This document shows, one piece after another, positions 26,577 through 35,997 of a stretch of DNA of 64,000 nucleotides; the stretch's first letter is position 1; each line of letters begins with the position of its first letter. Origin of the DNA: Tidjanibacter sp. (GTDB lineage Bacteria > Bacteroidota > Bacteroidia > Bacteroidales > Rikenellaceae); the NCBI GenBank assembly GCA_045602145.1, contig JAZSAY010000046.1:20329-84328 (forward strand), in the 5' to 3' direction. Under the pieces are notes generated by a model that saw only the letters and a program-made list of their open reading frames with translations, had not been told where the DNA came from and did no database searches. The position numbers and the translations under genes are program-made.

Positions 26577-29500
26577 ATGAAAAAACTTTTTGTGGTACTC
26601 TTGGCGGCTATGCTGTGCCTCCCTGCGTTGGCTCAGGATTTGACTCCCAAGAAAAATGCCCGTGGCAAATGGGGCTATGTAGACAGCAAAGACAATTGGC
26701 TGATTAAGGCTAAGTATGAGTTCGCAGAGGAGTTCTCGGCAGACGGCTTGGCTAAGGTTAAAAACTCCAAAGGCAAATGGGGTTTTGTGGACAAATCTGG
26801 CGACGAGGTGGTACGTCTGAAATATGATTGGCTCGGCAGCTTCTCGCTCGACGGTATCTGCAAGGTGCAGGAGAAAGACAAATATGGTCTTGTAAACCGC
26901 GACGGTAAGGTTCTGGGTAAAATCAAATACGACGAGATTGAGGACTTCTCGGAGGCTGGCACCGCAGTGGTTCGCATCGAGGAGAACTACGGTATGATCA
27001 ACAAAGAGGGCGACGAGATTATCCGAGTTCGCTATCAGGAGGTTACCGAATTCTCGGCAGATGGTTTGGCTTGGATCAAGCAGAACGACAAATGGGGCGT
27101 CATCAACCGCGAGGGCAAGACTGTTGCCAAGGTGAAATACGACGAGCCCGGTGTTTGGAACGAGAATGGTACCGCACACGTTAAGATTGACGGCCTGGTA
27201 GGTATCCTCAGCAAAACCGGTAAGGAGATTCACAAACCCCAGTACGAGAGCATCGGCGCCTTCAACGAGGAGGGTCTGGCTTGGTGCACCAAAGAGGGTC
27301 TGTATGGTCTTATCAACAGCACCGGCAAACGCCTTTCGGATAACAAGTACGACGAGGTTGCAGAGTGGAACGAGAGCGGCATTGCTCTGGTGAGAATCGG
27401 CACCAAGTGGGGCTTTGTGAACAAAGCCGGTAAAGAGGTTTTGGAGGTTGCCTACGACGAGATTGGAGCATTCAACGACCTGGGCGTTGCTAAGGTTATG
27501 AACGAGGGTAAATATGGTCTTATCCACATCCTGGGCAAGGCTCTCACCCCCGTAAAATATAGCACCATTGGCGACTTTGCAGCAGGCTTCGCAAAGGTTA
27601 GTATCGACGGCAAATTTGGCGTCATCAACGCAAGTGGTGCCGAGGTTACCGCCGTTAAATACGACACCTTCGCGGAGTATGCACAGAATGGTTTGGCACT
27701 CGTTACTGCCGACGGTTTCATCGGTTGGGTAGACCGCGGTGGTAGGGAGATTGTTCCCGTTATGAACGACGAGGTTGGCGAGTGGACCGAGGATGGTCTG
27801 AACTGGATTCGTCAAGGCGAGCTCTACGGCTGGATCGACATCACCGGTCGCTTCATCACCAAAGTGGAGTACACCAAACTCTGGGCTTGGGACAACAATG
27901 GTCTTTCGAAAGTTGCCAAAGGCGAGCTTATGAGCTGGATCAACCGCGAGGGCGATCTCATCTCTCCCGTTGTTTATTCGGAGGTTGGCGAGTGGAACGA
28001 CCTGGGTCTTGTTTGGGTAAAACAGGAGGCTCTCTACGGTATGCTCAACCTCGAGGGCAAGAAGGTTGTACCTATTAAATATACTTCGCTTGGCGCATTC
28101 AACCAGTTCGGTTTGGCAAAGGCTTCGCTTGCCGAGAATAAATGGGGCTGGATCAACACCGCCGGCAAGGAGATAATGAAGGTCAACAACCAGGCTGTAT
28201 GGGACTTCAACGAGCTGGGTCTTGCTAAGTTCCGCGACGCCAAAGGCAAATATGGCTTCATCAATGCCGAGGGCAAGAAGGTTGTTCCCGCAAAGAACGA
28301 CTATGCAGACGACTTCGTAGATGGTCTTGTAAGGGTTGGTCAGAAGGGTACCTACGACGAGAACGGCGTATATAGCGGCGGTAAGTGGGGCTTCTATGAC
28401 GGCAAAGGCAAGGCTGTTGTTCGCATCAGCTACGACTGGGCAGACGCATTTGCAGGTGGCTTGGCTCGCGTAAGCACCAAAGGTGTTTGGGCAGATGGTC
28501 AGTACTCTGGCGGCAAATGGGGCTTTGTGAATGCTCGCGGCAAAGAGACCATCAAACCCAAATACGATGGTGCAGGCAACTTCTCGGAGGGTTACGCTTG
28601 GGTTAGCGTAGCTGGCAAATACGGCTGGATTGACCAGACCGGCAGGGAGGTTATTGCTATTCAGTACGACGACGTTCACAGCTTCGAGCAGGGCATTGCA
28701 AGGGTCAAACTCGATGGCAAATATGGCTGGCTTGCAAAATCGGGCGTAGAGGCTATCGCTATCCAGTATGAGGTTGCCGACGACTTCGACGCAAACGGCT
28801 TGGCAAGGGTATCGCTCGACGGCAAATGGGGCTTCATCAACCGTGGTGGCGAGGAGGTTGTCGCAGTGAAGTACAACGGCGCAGAGCCCTTCAATGCAGA
28901 GGGTATTGCAATGGTACAGAGTGGCGAGACTTGGTTCAAGATCGACACTAAGGGCGTTATCACCGTAACTCCCAAATTCATCGGTTCGCTCCACTTCGAC
29001 GAGGGCTTTGCACCCGTAGAGCTCGATGGCAAATGGGGCTTCTGCAACGTTGCAGGTACTATGGTTGTTGCTGCCCAGTACGATGCTGTTTGGGCATTCT
29101 CGCAGGGTGCTGCAATGGTTCAGAAGGATGGTGCATACTACTGGATTAATATGGAGGGTAAGGCTCTTAACGAGAAACGCTACAACTCGATTGGCGAGTG
29201 GAGCGCAGAGGGTCTTGCTAAGGCTTCGTTGGCAGAGAAATGGGGCTACATCAACCGCGCAGGTGTGGAGATTGTTCCCGTGGTTTATGACTCTGTTGGC
29301 GATTGGGATGCCGCAGGTTTGTCGAAGATCGAGAAAGATGGCAAATTTGGCTGGACCAACCAGGAAGGTAAGGTTGTTGTAACTCCCAAATACGAGGAGG
29401 TAGGCGACTTTGGCGAGAATGGCTTGGCTCACGTTACCATTGGTGGCAAGATGGGCTTCATCAACACCAAGTATCGCGAGATTATCCCCGTAATCTACGA

Positions 29501-30374
29501 CCAGGTTGGCGACTTCGTATATGGTGTTGCTCGCGTATGTGCCGAGGGCAAATGGGGCTTTATCGACGTTGACGGCAACGCTATCACTCCTCTGAAATAT
29601 ACCGAGCTTGGCGATATGGTTGACGGCATCGCTAAGGTTAAAGAGGCCGGCAAGTGGGGTCTTATGGACTCGAAGTACGACGAGGTATTGGCTCCCATCT
29701 ACGACGAGATTGGCGAGTTTGTAAACGGCATCACCTGGGTACGCTTGGAGGGCAAGTGTGGTCTTATCGACAAGAACGGTCGTGGCATCACCGCTCCCAA
29801 GTACGACACCATCGGCGAGTTTGAGGATGGCGTTGCATTGGTAAGCATCAATGGTTTGTATGGTTTCATCAACCGCACCGGTGCTGAGGTTGTTCCCGTA
29901 ATCTACCTCTCGGCAGAGGAGGCTTCGGACATCTGCAAAGAGTTCCTCTACTACCAGAAGTTCTCGAACTTTGCTAACGAGTATATGGCTCCCAAGGTTG
30001 CAGCATTCGAGGTTAAGGACGAGTTCGAGACCGAGGCTCAGTACGCTTCGCGTGTAAACGAGGAGACTTTGGCTGCACTCAAAGAGAAACTCACCGAGGA
30101 GGCTGAGGTTGAGTATATCAAGGAGCGTGGCAAGAGCGTTGTATTGCAGCTCACTCTGGGTACCTACAATGCCGAGAACGAGAGTTTCACCGTTACCGAC
30201 AACAACTATGGTGAGTTTGTGGTTAACGTACCTCTGAACATTGCACGCGACTTCAAGTCGTTGTGGGATGGTCTTGCTAAGACCGCTTCGTTCTGCGTGA
30301 AAGATGACGCTCTGGCTGTTGAGAGCATCACCTTCCGTATGCCCGACGGCGTAGAGTACACCACCAACAAGTAG
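26577..30374 (+). CDS. Large exported WG-repeat protein (1265 aa)
   Basis: Signal peptide; dozens of GKWG(F/Y)IN..G..V...YD...F..GLA.V repeats; distinct C-terminal domain (KDEFET...LGTYNAENE). Confidence 0.9.
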   Translation: MKKLFVVLLAAMLCLPALAQDLTPKKNARGKWGYVDSKDNWLIKAKYEFAEEFSADGLAKVKNSKGKWGFVDKSGDEVVRLKYDWLGSFSLDGICKVQEKDKYGLVNRDGKVLGKIKYDEIEDFSEAGTAVVRIEENYGMINKEGDEIIRVRYQEVTEFSADGLAWIKQNDKWGVINREGKTVAKVKYDEPGVWNENGTAHVKIDGLVGILSKTGKEIHKPQYESIGAFNEEGLAWCTKEGLYGLINSTGKRLSDNKYDEVAEWNESGIALVRIGTKWGFVNKAGKEVLEVAYDEIGAFNDLGVAKVMNEGKYGLIHILGKALTPVKYSTIGDFAAGFAKVSIDGKFGVINASGAEVTAVKYDTFAEYAQNGLALVTADGFIGWVDRGGREIVPVMNDEVGEWTEDGLNWIRQGELYGWIDITGRFITKVEYTKLWAWDNNGLSKVAKGELMSWINREGDLISPVVYSEVGEWNDLGLVWVKQEALYGMLNLEGKKVVPIKYTSLGAFNQFGLAKASLAENKWGWINTAGKEIMKVNNQAVWDFNELGLAKFRDAKGKYGFINAEGKKVVPAKNDYADDFVDGLVRVGQKGTYDENGVYSGGKWGFYDGKGKAVVRISYDWADAFAGGLARVSTKGVWADGQYSGGKWGFVNARGKETIKPKYDGAGNFSEGYAWVSVAGKYGWIDQTGREVIAIQYDDVHSFEQGIARVKLDGKYGWLAKSGVEAIAIQYEVADDFDANGLARVSLDGKWGFINRGGEEVVAVKYNGAEPFNAEGIAMVQSGETWFKIDTKGVITVTPKFIGSLHFDEGFAPVELDGKWGFCNVAGTMVVAAQYDAVWAFSQGAAMVQKDGAYYWINMEGKALNEKRYNSIGEWSAEGLAKASLAEKWGYINRAGVEIVPVVYDSVGDWDAAGLSKIEKDGKFGWTNQEGKVVVTPKYEEVGDFGENGLAHVTIGGKMGFINTKYREIIPVIYDQVGDFVYGVARVCAEGKWGFIDVDGNAITPLKYTELGDMVDGIAKVKEAGKWGLMDSKYDEVLAPIYDEIGEFVNGITWVRLEGKCGLIDKNGRGITAPKYDTIGEFEDGVALVSINGLYGFINRTGAEVVPVIYLSAEEASDICKEFLYYQKFSNFANEYMAPKVAAFEVKDEFETEAQYASRVNEETLAALKEKLTEEAEVEYIKERGKSVVLQLTLGTYNAENESFTVTDNNYGEFVVNVPLNIARDFKSLWDGLAKTASFCVKDDALAVESITFRMPDGVEYTTNK

Positions 30375-30394
30375 GTTTTTACACCTATATATTG

Positions 30395-30436
30395 AAAAAG
30401 GTCGCACTCCAAAAGCAGGGTGCGACCTTTTTTTTT
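30395..30436 (+). terminator. Intrinsic terminator
   Basis: AAAAAGGTCGCAC...GTGCGACCTTTTTTTTT. Confidence 0.85.
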
Positions 30437-30595
30437 GTAAAAAGTTTTGACAAACGAGTATAATGAAAGAAATAAATGTTATATTTGTAGTGGAAAGAGC
30501 CCACCAAAATGGGTGCTTCTAAGGCGAAAAAGGGAGAAAATTCGCCACTTGTAGATTGAAACACACACATTTATTAACTTAAAACCTTTAATGTT

Positions 30596-31006
30596 ATGAA
30601 GAAACTTGTACTTACTTTGGCTGCTGCTCTCGTGGCACTTTGCGCTTCGGCAAACAACTACGTAGCTAACGACGCTGCTATCGACGCACTCGTTGAGAAC
30701 TCGGTAGAGATGGTTATGGAGGCTGCTGCTCCTGCTGCTCCCGCAAATATGATTCAGCTTTCGAACAACCAGGATCCTCTGATTGCAACTCTCCTTAGCT
30801 GGTTCACCGGTTGGGTAGGTCTGCACCGCTACTATCTTGGCACCTCGGTATGGATGGCTCTGCCCTATGCACTCACAGGTGGTGGTTTCGGTATCATTAC
30901 CCTCGTTGACTCCGTATTGTTGACTATCGATCTCGTTCAGAACAACTCGATCAACGGTCAGTACATCAACAACCCCAGAGTTCTTATGTGGGCTGATTTG
31001 TTCTAA
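30596..31006 (+). CDS. Small signal-peptide TM2-domain protein
   Basis: Signal peptide ...CASA; TM2 motif PLIATLLSWFTGWVGLHRYYLG...LTGGGFGIITLVD; codon usage like highly expressed genes. Confidence 0.85.
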   Translation: MKKLVLTLAAALVALCASANNYVANDAAIDALVENSVEMVMEAAAPAAPANMIQLSNNQDPLIATLLSWFTGWVGLHRYYLGTSVWMALPYALTGGGFGIITLVDSVLLTIDLVQNNSINGQYINNPRVLMWADLF

Positions 31007-31027
31007 TCGACATTTTATACTATCTTT

Positions 31028-31063
31028 ACGGGGCGAAGGAGCAAATTCCTCGCCCCGTTTTTT
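31028..31063 (+). terminator. Intra-operon terminator/attenuator after the TM2 gene
   Basis: ACGGGGCGAAGGA-GCAAAT-TCCTCGCCCCGT-TTTTT. Confidence 0.75.
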
Positions 31064-31080
31064 GTAATACCTATTAATAT

Positions 31081-31803
31081 ATGAATAGACTCCTAAGGAC
31101 AATACTGACATTGACGCTAATTCTCGCTCCGCTGACAAGTTCTGCACAACAGAAACTCTCGGTGGATGTCAAGACCGTGCAGGTAGCCCAGGGCAAGAAG
31201 ATGACCACCGAGGGCAGTATCTACCTCCAAGCAGACGGCAGAATGACCAACGTGCAGCGACGCCCCAAATACACCATAACGCTCACCAACTCGCTGGGTG
31301 AGATGCGTATCTACGACCCCAAGAGCAATACGGTGGTGGCGATGAACGACCAAGAGATGGCTTCGGGCAAGAATACCATTGCGATGTTCGCCTCGGGAGC
31401 CTACACGGATATGGCTCTGAGCCACTATGGTTACACGCAGAGCGGTATTCGCAACGAAGAGGGACTTCTGATAAAAACCTTCATTCCCAAGGGCACGAGT
31501 GCGGTGGCAAAGGTGGAGATAGTCTTCCAGCAGCACCTGCCCATATGTATGCTCTACTACAACGCCAAGGAGGAGTGTATGCGCAAGGTCTACTTCTCGC
31601 ACTACGAGTATGGCAGGATTCCTATGCCTATGCGTGTTACGGAGGTGGAGTACACCCCCAAGCGCGACTCGCTCGTAAGGCTCAGCACATATAGCAATCT
31701 GCTCTTTGGCGATGACGCCACCTCGGAGATGTTCGAGTGGCAAATCCCTGCCGACGCCAAGCGTACCGAAATTGACCCCAAAACCCTACTACAACAGCAA
31801 TAG
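31081..31803 (+). CDS. Exported LolA-like (lipoprotein-sorting fold) protein
   Basis: Signal peptide; EGSIYLQADGRM...P..ITLTN...MRIYDPKSNTV pattern and C-terminal FEWQIPADA, reminiscent of LolA. Confidence 0.6.
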   Translation: MNRLLRTILTLTLILAPLTSSAQQKLSVDVKTVQVAQGKKMTTEGSIYLQADGRMTNVQRRPKYTITLTNSLGEMRIYDPKSNTVVAMNDQEMASGKNTIAMFASGAYTDMALSHYGYTQSGIRNEEGLLIKTFIPKGTSAVAKVEIVFQQHLPICMLYYNAKEECMRKVYFSHYEYGRIPMPMRVTEVEYTPKRDSLVRLSTYSNLLFGDDATSEMFEWQIPADAKRTEIDPKTLLQQQ

Positions 31804-31805
31804 TT

Positions 31806-32237
31806 GTGACAAACCGCACCACATACCGACACCTTCTGTTGACACTCTTCGTGAGTGTGGTTGCCTCGCCGAGCCTTTGGGCACAGCAGAGCGACTTGGA
31901 CCTGCTGCGCCAGCACAGCTTTGAGGCTCCACGCGAGGATAGTAGCGTTCCCTATGGCATTGAGTCCGGGCGCACTACCCTCTCACCACTCTACCACGCG
32001 GCAAGTGGCTCTCTGTGGCTGTGGGAAAACCTCGTGGCGCCCGATGTGTGCTCGCCAGGGGGATATTCCGACACAAATACAGCCTACTTTAAGGGTTTAG
32101 TGGTGGAATACGGCGCAGTGAGGGCTCTCTTCTACGGCTGGGACCGTGTGGTGCGCAACACCAAAATCGGACGTCACACAACGCCAAAAAACCAGCGAGG
32201 ACTCATTGAGGACTCCTTAGACCGCTACCGCCAATGA
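31806..32237 (+). CDS. YidD-like (DUF37) protein with signal peptide and degenerate cysteines
   Basis: WLWENLVAPDVC...TAYFKGLVVEYGAVRALFYGWDRVVRN parallels the YidD pattern Y..ISP..C..S.Y...I..G...G....R..RC; GTG start. Confidence 0.55.
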   Translation: MTNRTTYRHLLLTLFVSVVASPSLWAQQSDLDLLRQHSFEAPREDSSVPYGIESGRTTLSPLYHAASGSLWLWENLVAPDVCSPGGYSDTNTAYFKGLVVEYGAVRALFYGWDRVVRNTKIGRHTTPKNQRGLIEDSLDRYRQ

Positions 32238-33100
32238 GAAAATTTTTGTGCATATTGGTTGTGGTACTGTTGGGCGGCGTGTTTTCGCTCTCGGCACAGC
32301 GCAACGCACTTGCCGACTACCGCTTTGGTAGCTATCTGCTCGGCAAGGGGCTTATGCGCGATGCGGTGACCCTTACCCACACTCTTGCCAATGACTACAC
32401 CCCCGCAGGGCTTGACACGATGCGCTACTTAAAGGGGTGGACACTCTATCAGATGCAGGATTTCCGCTCGGCAAGAGGCGTGTTTGCTGAGGTCGGCACA
32501 AGTTCCTCATTCTACCCCAAGAGTACCTTCTTCGGCACTATCTGCGATTTGGAGAGTGGCGACTTTGAGGGAGCCAAGAGCCGTTTGGATAGTTTTGCAC
32601 TATCGTCCCACGCGGCAGAATTCAAAGAACTGCTCGCTTTCGAGAGGGGCGGCATAGCTCTCTTGGAGGGCGACCACAAGGCATACGAGGAGCAGAAGAG
32701 GAGTTTTACGTACAGCCATTTTGCGCTTACGGATAAACAACATACCCTCGACCGCATAGCCCAAAACCGCCCAAAAGAGCTCTCGCCCTGGGTGGCTGGC
32801 GTGGCGAGTGCCATAGTACCCGGCTTGGGCAAAATCTATGCTGGAAATGTGGGCGAAGGTGTCGCCTCGTTCTTGCTTGTTGGGGCTTTTGCGGCTCTTA
32901 CTGCCGACAGCTGGGCTAAGGCTGACACACCCGCAAATTGGCGCACCATAACCTACGGAACCATCGGCTCGCTGCTCTACATAGGCAACATATTCGGTAG
33001 CATTGCGAGCGTTAAAGTATATTACAAGAACTTTGAAGAGATTAATCGTCAGGCTGTTATGTACAGCATCCATATTCCTCTGCGCGATATTTTCGACTAA
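32234..33100 (+). CDS. Exported TPR-like protein with C-terminal TM2-like membrane domain
   Basis: Signal peptide, helical repeats, SPWVAGVASAIVPGLGKIYAG motif and two further TM helices; ATGA overlap with the upstream gene. Confidence 0.7.
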   Translation: MRKFLCILVVVLLGGVFSLSAQRNALADYRFGSYLLGKGLMRDAVTLTHTLANDYTPAGLDTMRYLKGWTLYQMQDFRSARGVFAEVGTSSSFYPKSTFFGTICDLESGDFEGAKSRLDSFALSSHAAEFKELLAFERGGIALLEGDHKAYEEQKRSFTYSHFALTDKQHTLDRIAQNRPKELSPWVAGVASAIVPGLGKIYAGNVGEGVASFLLVGAFAALTADSWAKADTPANWRTITYGTIGSLLYIGNIFGSIASVKVYYKNFEEINRQAVMYSIHIPLRDIFD

Positions 33101-33839
33101 TGCGCAGCCCACAGAGTGGGATGTGAGGGCTTTGGAGTTGGAGCGTGAGATTTACGCTGCAACCTCGCCCGCTACCCACAATGCGGCAGTCTTGGCGAAG
33201 TGCGAGGTACGCAAGGCACAGGGGCTCTACAAGGAGGCTCTGGAAGAGCTTGCACGCCTCTACACATACGCACTTAGCCCCGAGGAGATGGAGCAATACT
33301 ACACCCAGAAAGCCCTCTGTGGCTACCTGGCAGGCGACTTCGACACCGCTCTTGCCACTGCCGAGGAGGCGCAATACTACGTTGCCGAGAGCGACCTGAG
33401 GTTGCTTGTGGAGGCTTTGGCTGCGGGCGAGAAAGGCGATTGGGAACGCTCGCGGCGTGCAGCAACCGCCTACCTCGAACGGCAACCCAACGGCAAAGAG
33501 CGACTCCCTAAAATTGCCGACCTCTACGACCATACGCCACGCCTGCGAAACCCTATGACGGCATATTGGCTCAGCCTTGTGCCGGGTGTGGGACAGTTCT
33601 ATGCGGGCGAGGTGTGGAGTGGCTTGGTGTCGCTGGTGGCAAATGGTCTGCTCGGTGGCTTTGCTGTGAGCGAGGCGGTGGCAGGGCAGTGGCTCAGTGG
33701 CTGGATTGTGGGCTGCGGAGGTCTAAGCACCACATTTTTTGTCGGTCAGGAACGTGCCCGAGTACTCACAGAACGCCGCAACGCACGCCTGCTGCGCACG
33801 CATAACGACTTGCTGCGAGAGACTCTCCTCGCCGAATAA
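33033..33839 (+). CDS. Second TPR plus TM2-like membrane protein
   Basis: Probable TTG start 33033 giving a signal peptide (...FSTNA-Q); TPR helices; NPMTAYWLSLVPGVGQFYAG motif. Confidence 0.7.
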   Translation: MKRLIVRLLCTASIFLCAIFSTNAQPTEWDVRALELEREIYAATSPATHNAAVLAKCEVRKAQGLYKEALEELARLYTYALSPEEMEQYYTQKALCGYLAGDFDTALATAEEAQYYVAESDLRLLVEALAAGEKGDWERSRRAATAYLERQPNGKERLPKIADLYDHTPRLRNPMTAYWLSLVPGVGQFYAGEVWSGLVSLVANGLLGGFAVSEAVAGQWLSGWIVGCGGLSTTFFVGQERARVLTERRNARLLRTHNDLLRETLLAE

Positions 33840-33877
33840 TCCATATAACACATACGCACCCCACCGACACACTTGGC

Positions 33878-34030
33878 TCACAAGAAGGAGTGACAGGAGT
33901 GACAGGGATGACAGGAAGAACAGGAAGAACAGGAAGAACAGGAACGACAAGACTTACCAGAGTGACAGACTTAACTTTCCCATAACTCTCACAACTCCTA
34001 TTTCTCTCATATCTCCCATTCCTCCCATAA
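33878..34030. repeat. Degenerate 9-bp tandem repeats (ACAGGAAGA-type, then TCTCCCATA-type)
   Basis: GACAGGAAGAACAGGAAGAACAGGAAGAACAGGAAC followed by pyrimidine-rich 9-mers. Confidence 0.8.
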
Positions 34031-34391
34031 AAAATAGCAATCTAATCGAGCGAGTTATAGGCGCACAAGAAAACTCCCTCCGCGGCGTTAGGGTGACGCT
34101 TTTGTACAGGTATTTCTTTGCAAGAAAATAGCGCAGGTTGTGGAGGGATTTTTGGCGTCAGGGTGACGCTTTTGTACAGGTATTTCTTTGCAAGAAAATA
34201 GCACAGATTGTGGTGGGATTTTTGTGCCAAAAGAAGGAGCGGGCTCCGAAGTTTACCTCCATATAAAAATAGCAATATAATCTGGCGAGTTATAGGCGCA
34301 CAAGAAAACTCCCTCCGCAGTTTACTAAGCGTAAATGAGGAGGGAGTTTATCGCAGTGCAACGACTAAATCGCCGATTATATTGCTATTTT
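34030..34391. repeat. Mosaic of family A repeat pieces: duplicated ~54-bp arm, tandem ~70-bp unit, and complete palindromic copy 3 (34266-34391)
   Basis: 34030-34083 is nearly identical to 34265-34318; 34084-34153 to 34154-34224; AAAATAGCAATATAATC pairs with GATTATATTGCTATTTT across the rny stop. Confidence 0.85.
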
Positions 34392-35932
34392 GCGTAGGCT
34401 ACGGCACGAGTTTCACGAATAACGGTGATTTTAACCTGACCGGGATAGGTCATCTCGTCCTGAATCTTCTTGGCGATATCGTGGCTGAGCTGCTCGCTGT
34501 CGGCGTCAGAGATCTTGTCGGCACCAACAATAACCCTCAACTCGCGACCAGCCTGAATAGCGTATGTCTTCATAACGCCGGGATAAGAGAGGGCAATATC
34601 CTCCATCTCTTTGAGGCGTTTGATGTAGCTCTCGACAATCTCGCTACGAGCACCGGGACGTGCACCCGAAATGGCGTCGCACACCTGCACGATAGGAGCT
34701 ATCAGAGAGGTCATCTCCATCTCCTCGTGGTGCGAACCTACGGCGTTGCAAACCTCGGCTTTCTCTTTGTACTTCTCGCAGAGTTTCATACCGATCATTG
34801 CGTGTGGCAACTCGGGCTCGTCATCAGGTACCTTGCCAATATCGTGCAGCAGACCTGCGCGGCGAGCGTTCTTGACATTCAGACCCAGCTCGGCAGCCAT
34901 AATACCGCACAAGTTGGCGGTCTCACGTGCGTGCTGCAAGAGGTTCTGACCATACGACGAGCGGTACTTCATCTTACCGATGAGCCTTACCAGCTCGGGG
35001 TGCATATTGTGGATACCAAGGTCGATGGTGGTACGTTTGCCCACCTCGGCAATCTCGTCCTCAATCTGTTTCTTAACCTTTGCAACAACCTCCTCGATGC
35101 GTGCGGGGTGAATACGACCATCGGTTACGAGTTGGTGCAGAGCCAGACGTGCAATCTCCCTACGCACGGGGTCGAAGCCCGAGAGGATGATGGCGTCGGG
35201 GGTGTCGTCAACGATAATCTCCACGCCCGTCGCAGCCTCCAATGCGCGGATGTTGCGACCCTCGCGACCGATGATACGACCCTTCACCTCGTCGGAGTCG
35301 ATGTTGAAAACGGTCACGGAGTTCTCAATAGCGGTCTCGGTTGCAACCCTCTGGATAGTCTGCACAACGATGCGCTTAGCCTCCTTGTTGGCGGTGAGTT
35401 TTGCCTCCTCGATGGTGTCGTTGATGTAGGTCTGGGCCTGCTGCTCAGCCTCCGACTTCATATTCTCCATAAGGACATTTTTAGCCTCCTCGGCACTCAT
35501 ACCGCCAATCTGTTCGAGTTTGACGTTCTGCTCGCGAATGATGCGCTCCAACTCCTCTTTGCGCCTATCGAGAGATGCCAACTGACCATTGAGGTTCTCT
35601 TTAAGCCTCTCTATTTCGTTGTTCTTCTTGTCCAACTCCGAGCGCTGCTGGTTAAGATTGTTCTCCTGCTGTTTGATGCCCTGCTCGCGCTGGTTGAGTT
35701 TCTGGTTGCGCTCGTTTACGGTCCTATCGTGCTCCCTTTTGAGTTCGAGGAACTTCTCTTTCGCCTGCAACTCTTTCTCTTTGCGAATCATCTCGCCCTG
35801 CGCCTCTGCCTCTTTCAGCAGAGCCTCGCGGCGACTCCTGACGGTACTTTTGGTTATCGCATTCGTCACCACAATGTAGACACTTATGCCTACCGTAGCC
35901 GAGATAACCGCTGCTAATACTATTGTTATCAT
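34385..35932 (-). CDS. rny: Ribonuclease Y
   Basis: N-terminal TM and coiled coil, KH ([13 protein letters not shown]), HD (LLHDIGK), [10 protein letters not shown]. Confidence 0.97.
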   Translation of the reverse strand: MITIVLAAVISATVGISVYIVVTNAITKSTVRSRREALLKEAEAQGEMIRKEKELQAKEKFLELKREHDRTVNERNQKLNQREQGIKQQENNLNQQRSELDKKNNEIERLKENLNGQLASLDRRKEELERIIREQNVKLEQIGGMSAEEAKNVLMENMKSEAEQQAQTYINDTIEEAKLTANKEAKRIVVQTIQRVATETAIENSVTVFNIDSDEVKGRIIGREGRNIRALEAATGVEIIVDDTPDAIILSGFDPVRREIARLALHQLVTDGRIHPARIEEVVAKVKKQIEDEIAEVGKRTTIDLGIHNMHPELVRLIGKMKYRSSYGQNLLQHARETANLCGIMAAELGLNVKNARRAGLLHDIGKVPDDEPELPHAMIGMKLCEKYKEKAEVCNAVGSHHEEMEMTSLIAPIVQVCDAISGARPGARSEIVESYIKRLKEMEDIALSYPGVMKTYAIQAGRELRVIVGADKISDADSEQLSHDIAKKIQDEMTYPGQVKITVIRETRAVAYAK

Positions 35933-35997
35933 AATTTACCTTACTTTGTTAATGTTGTTATCGTTTAATAATTAGTAAAATGTATTCAAAAAAAATA

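Noticed and set aside
26565-30407. 1280-aa minus-strand ORF
   Set aside because: Antisense shadow of the WG-repeat gene; its periodicity only mirrors the sense repeats.
33739-34275. Short ORFs with DRKNRKNRKN or SLLSLL repeats
   Set aside because: Translations of 9-bp tandem repeats, not credible proteins.
34030-34330. Possible CRISPR array
   Set aside because: Only two copies of each unit, no unique regular spacers and no cas genes; the pieces belong to the dispersed repeat family.
34208-35917. 569-aa ORF and similar long antisense ORFs (19294-20634, 58744-60186, 60173-61636, 61925-63343)
   Set aside because: They overlap well-supported genes on the opposite strand and carry no recognisable domains.
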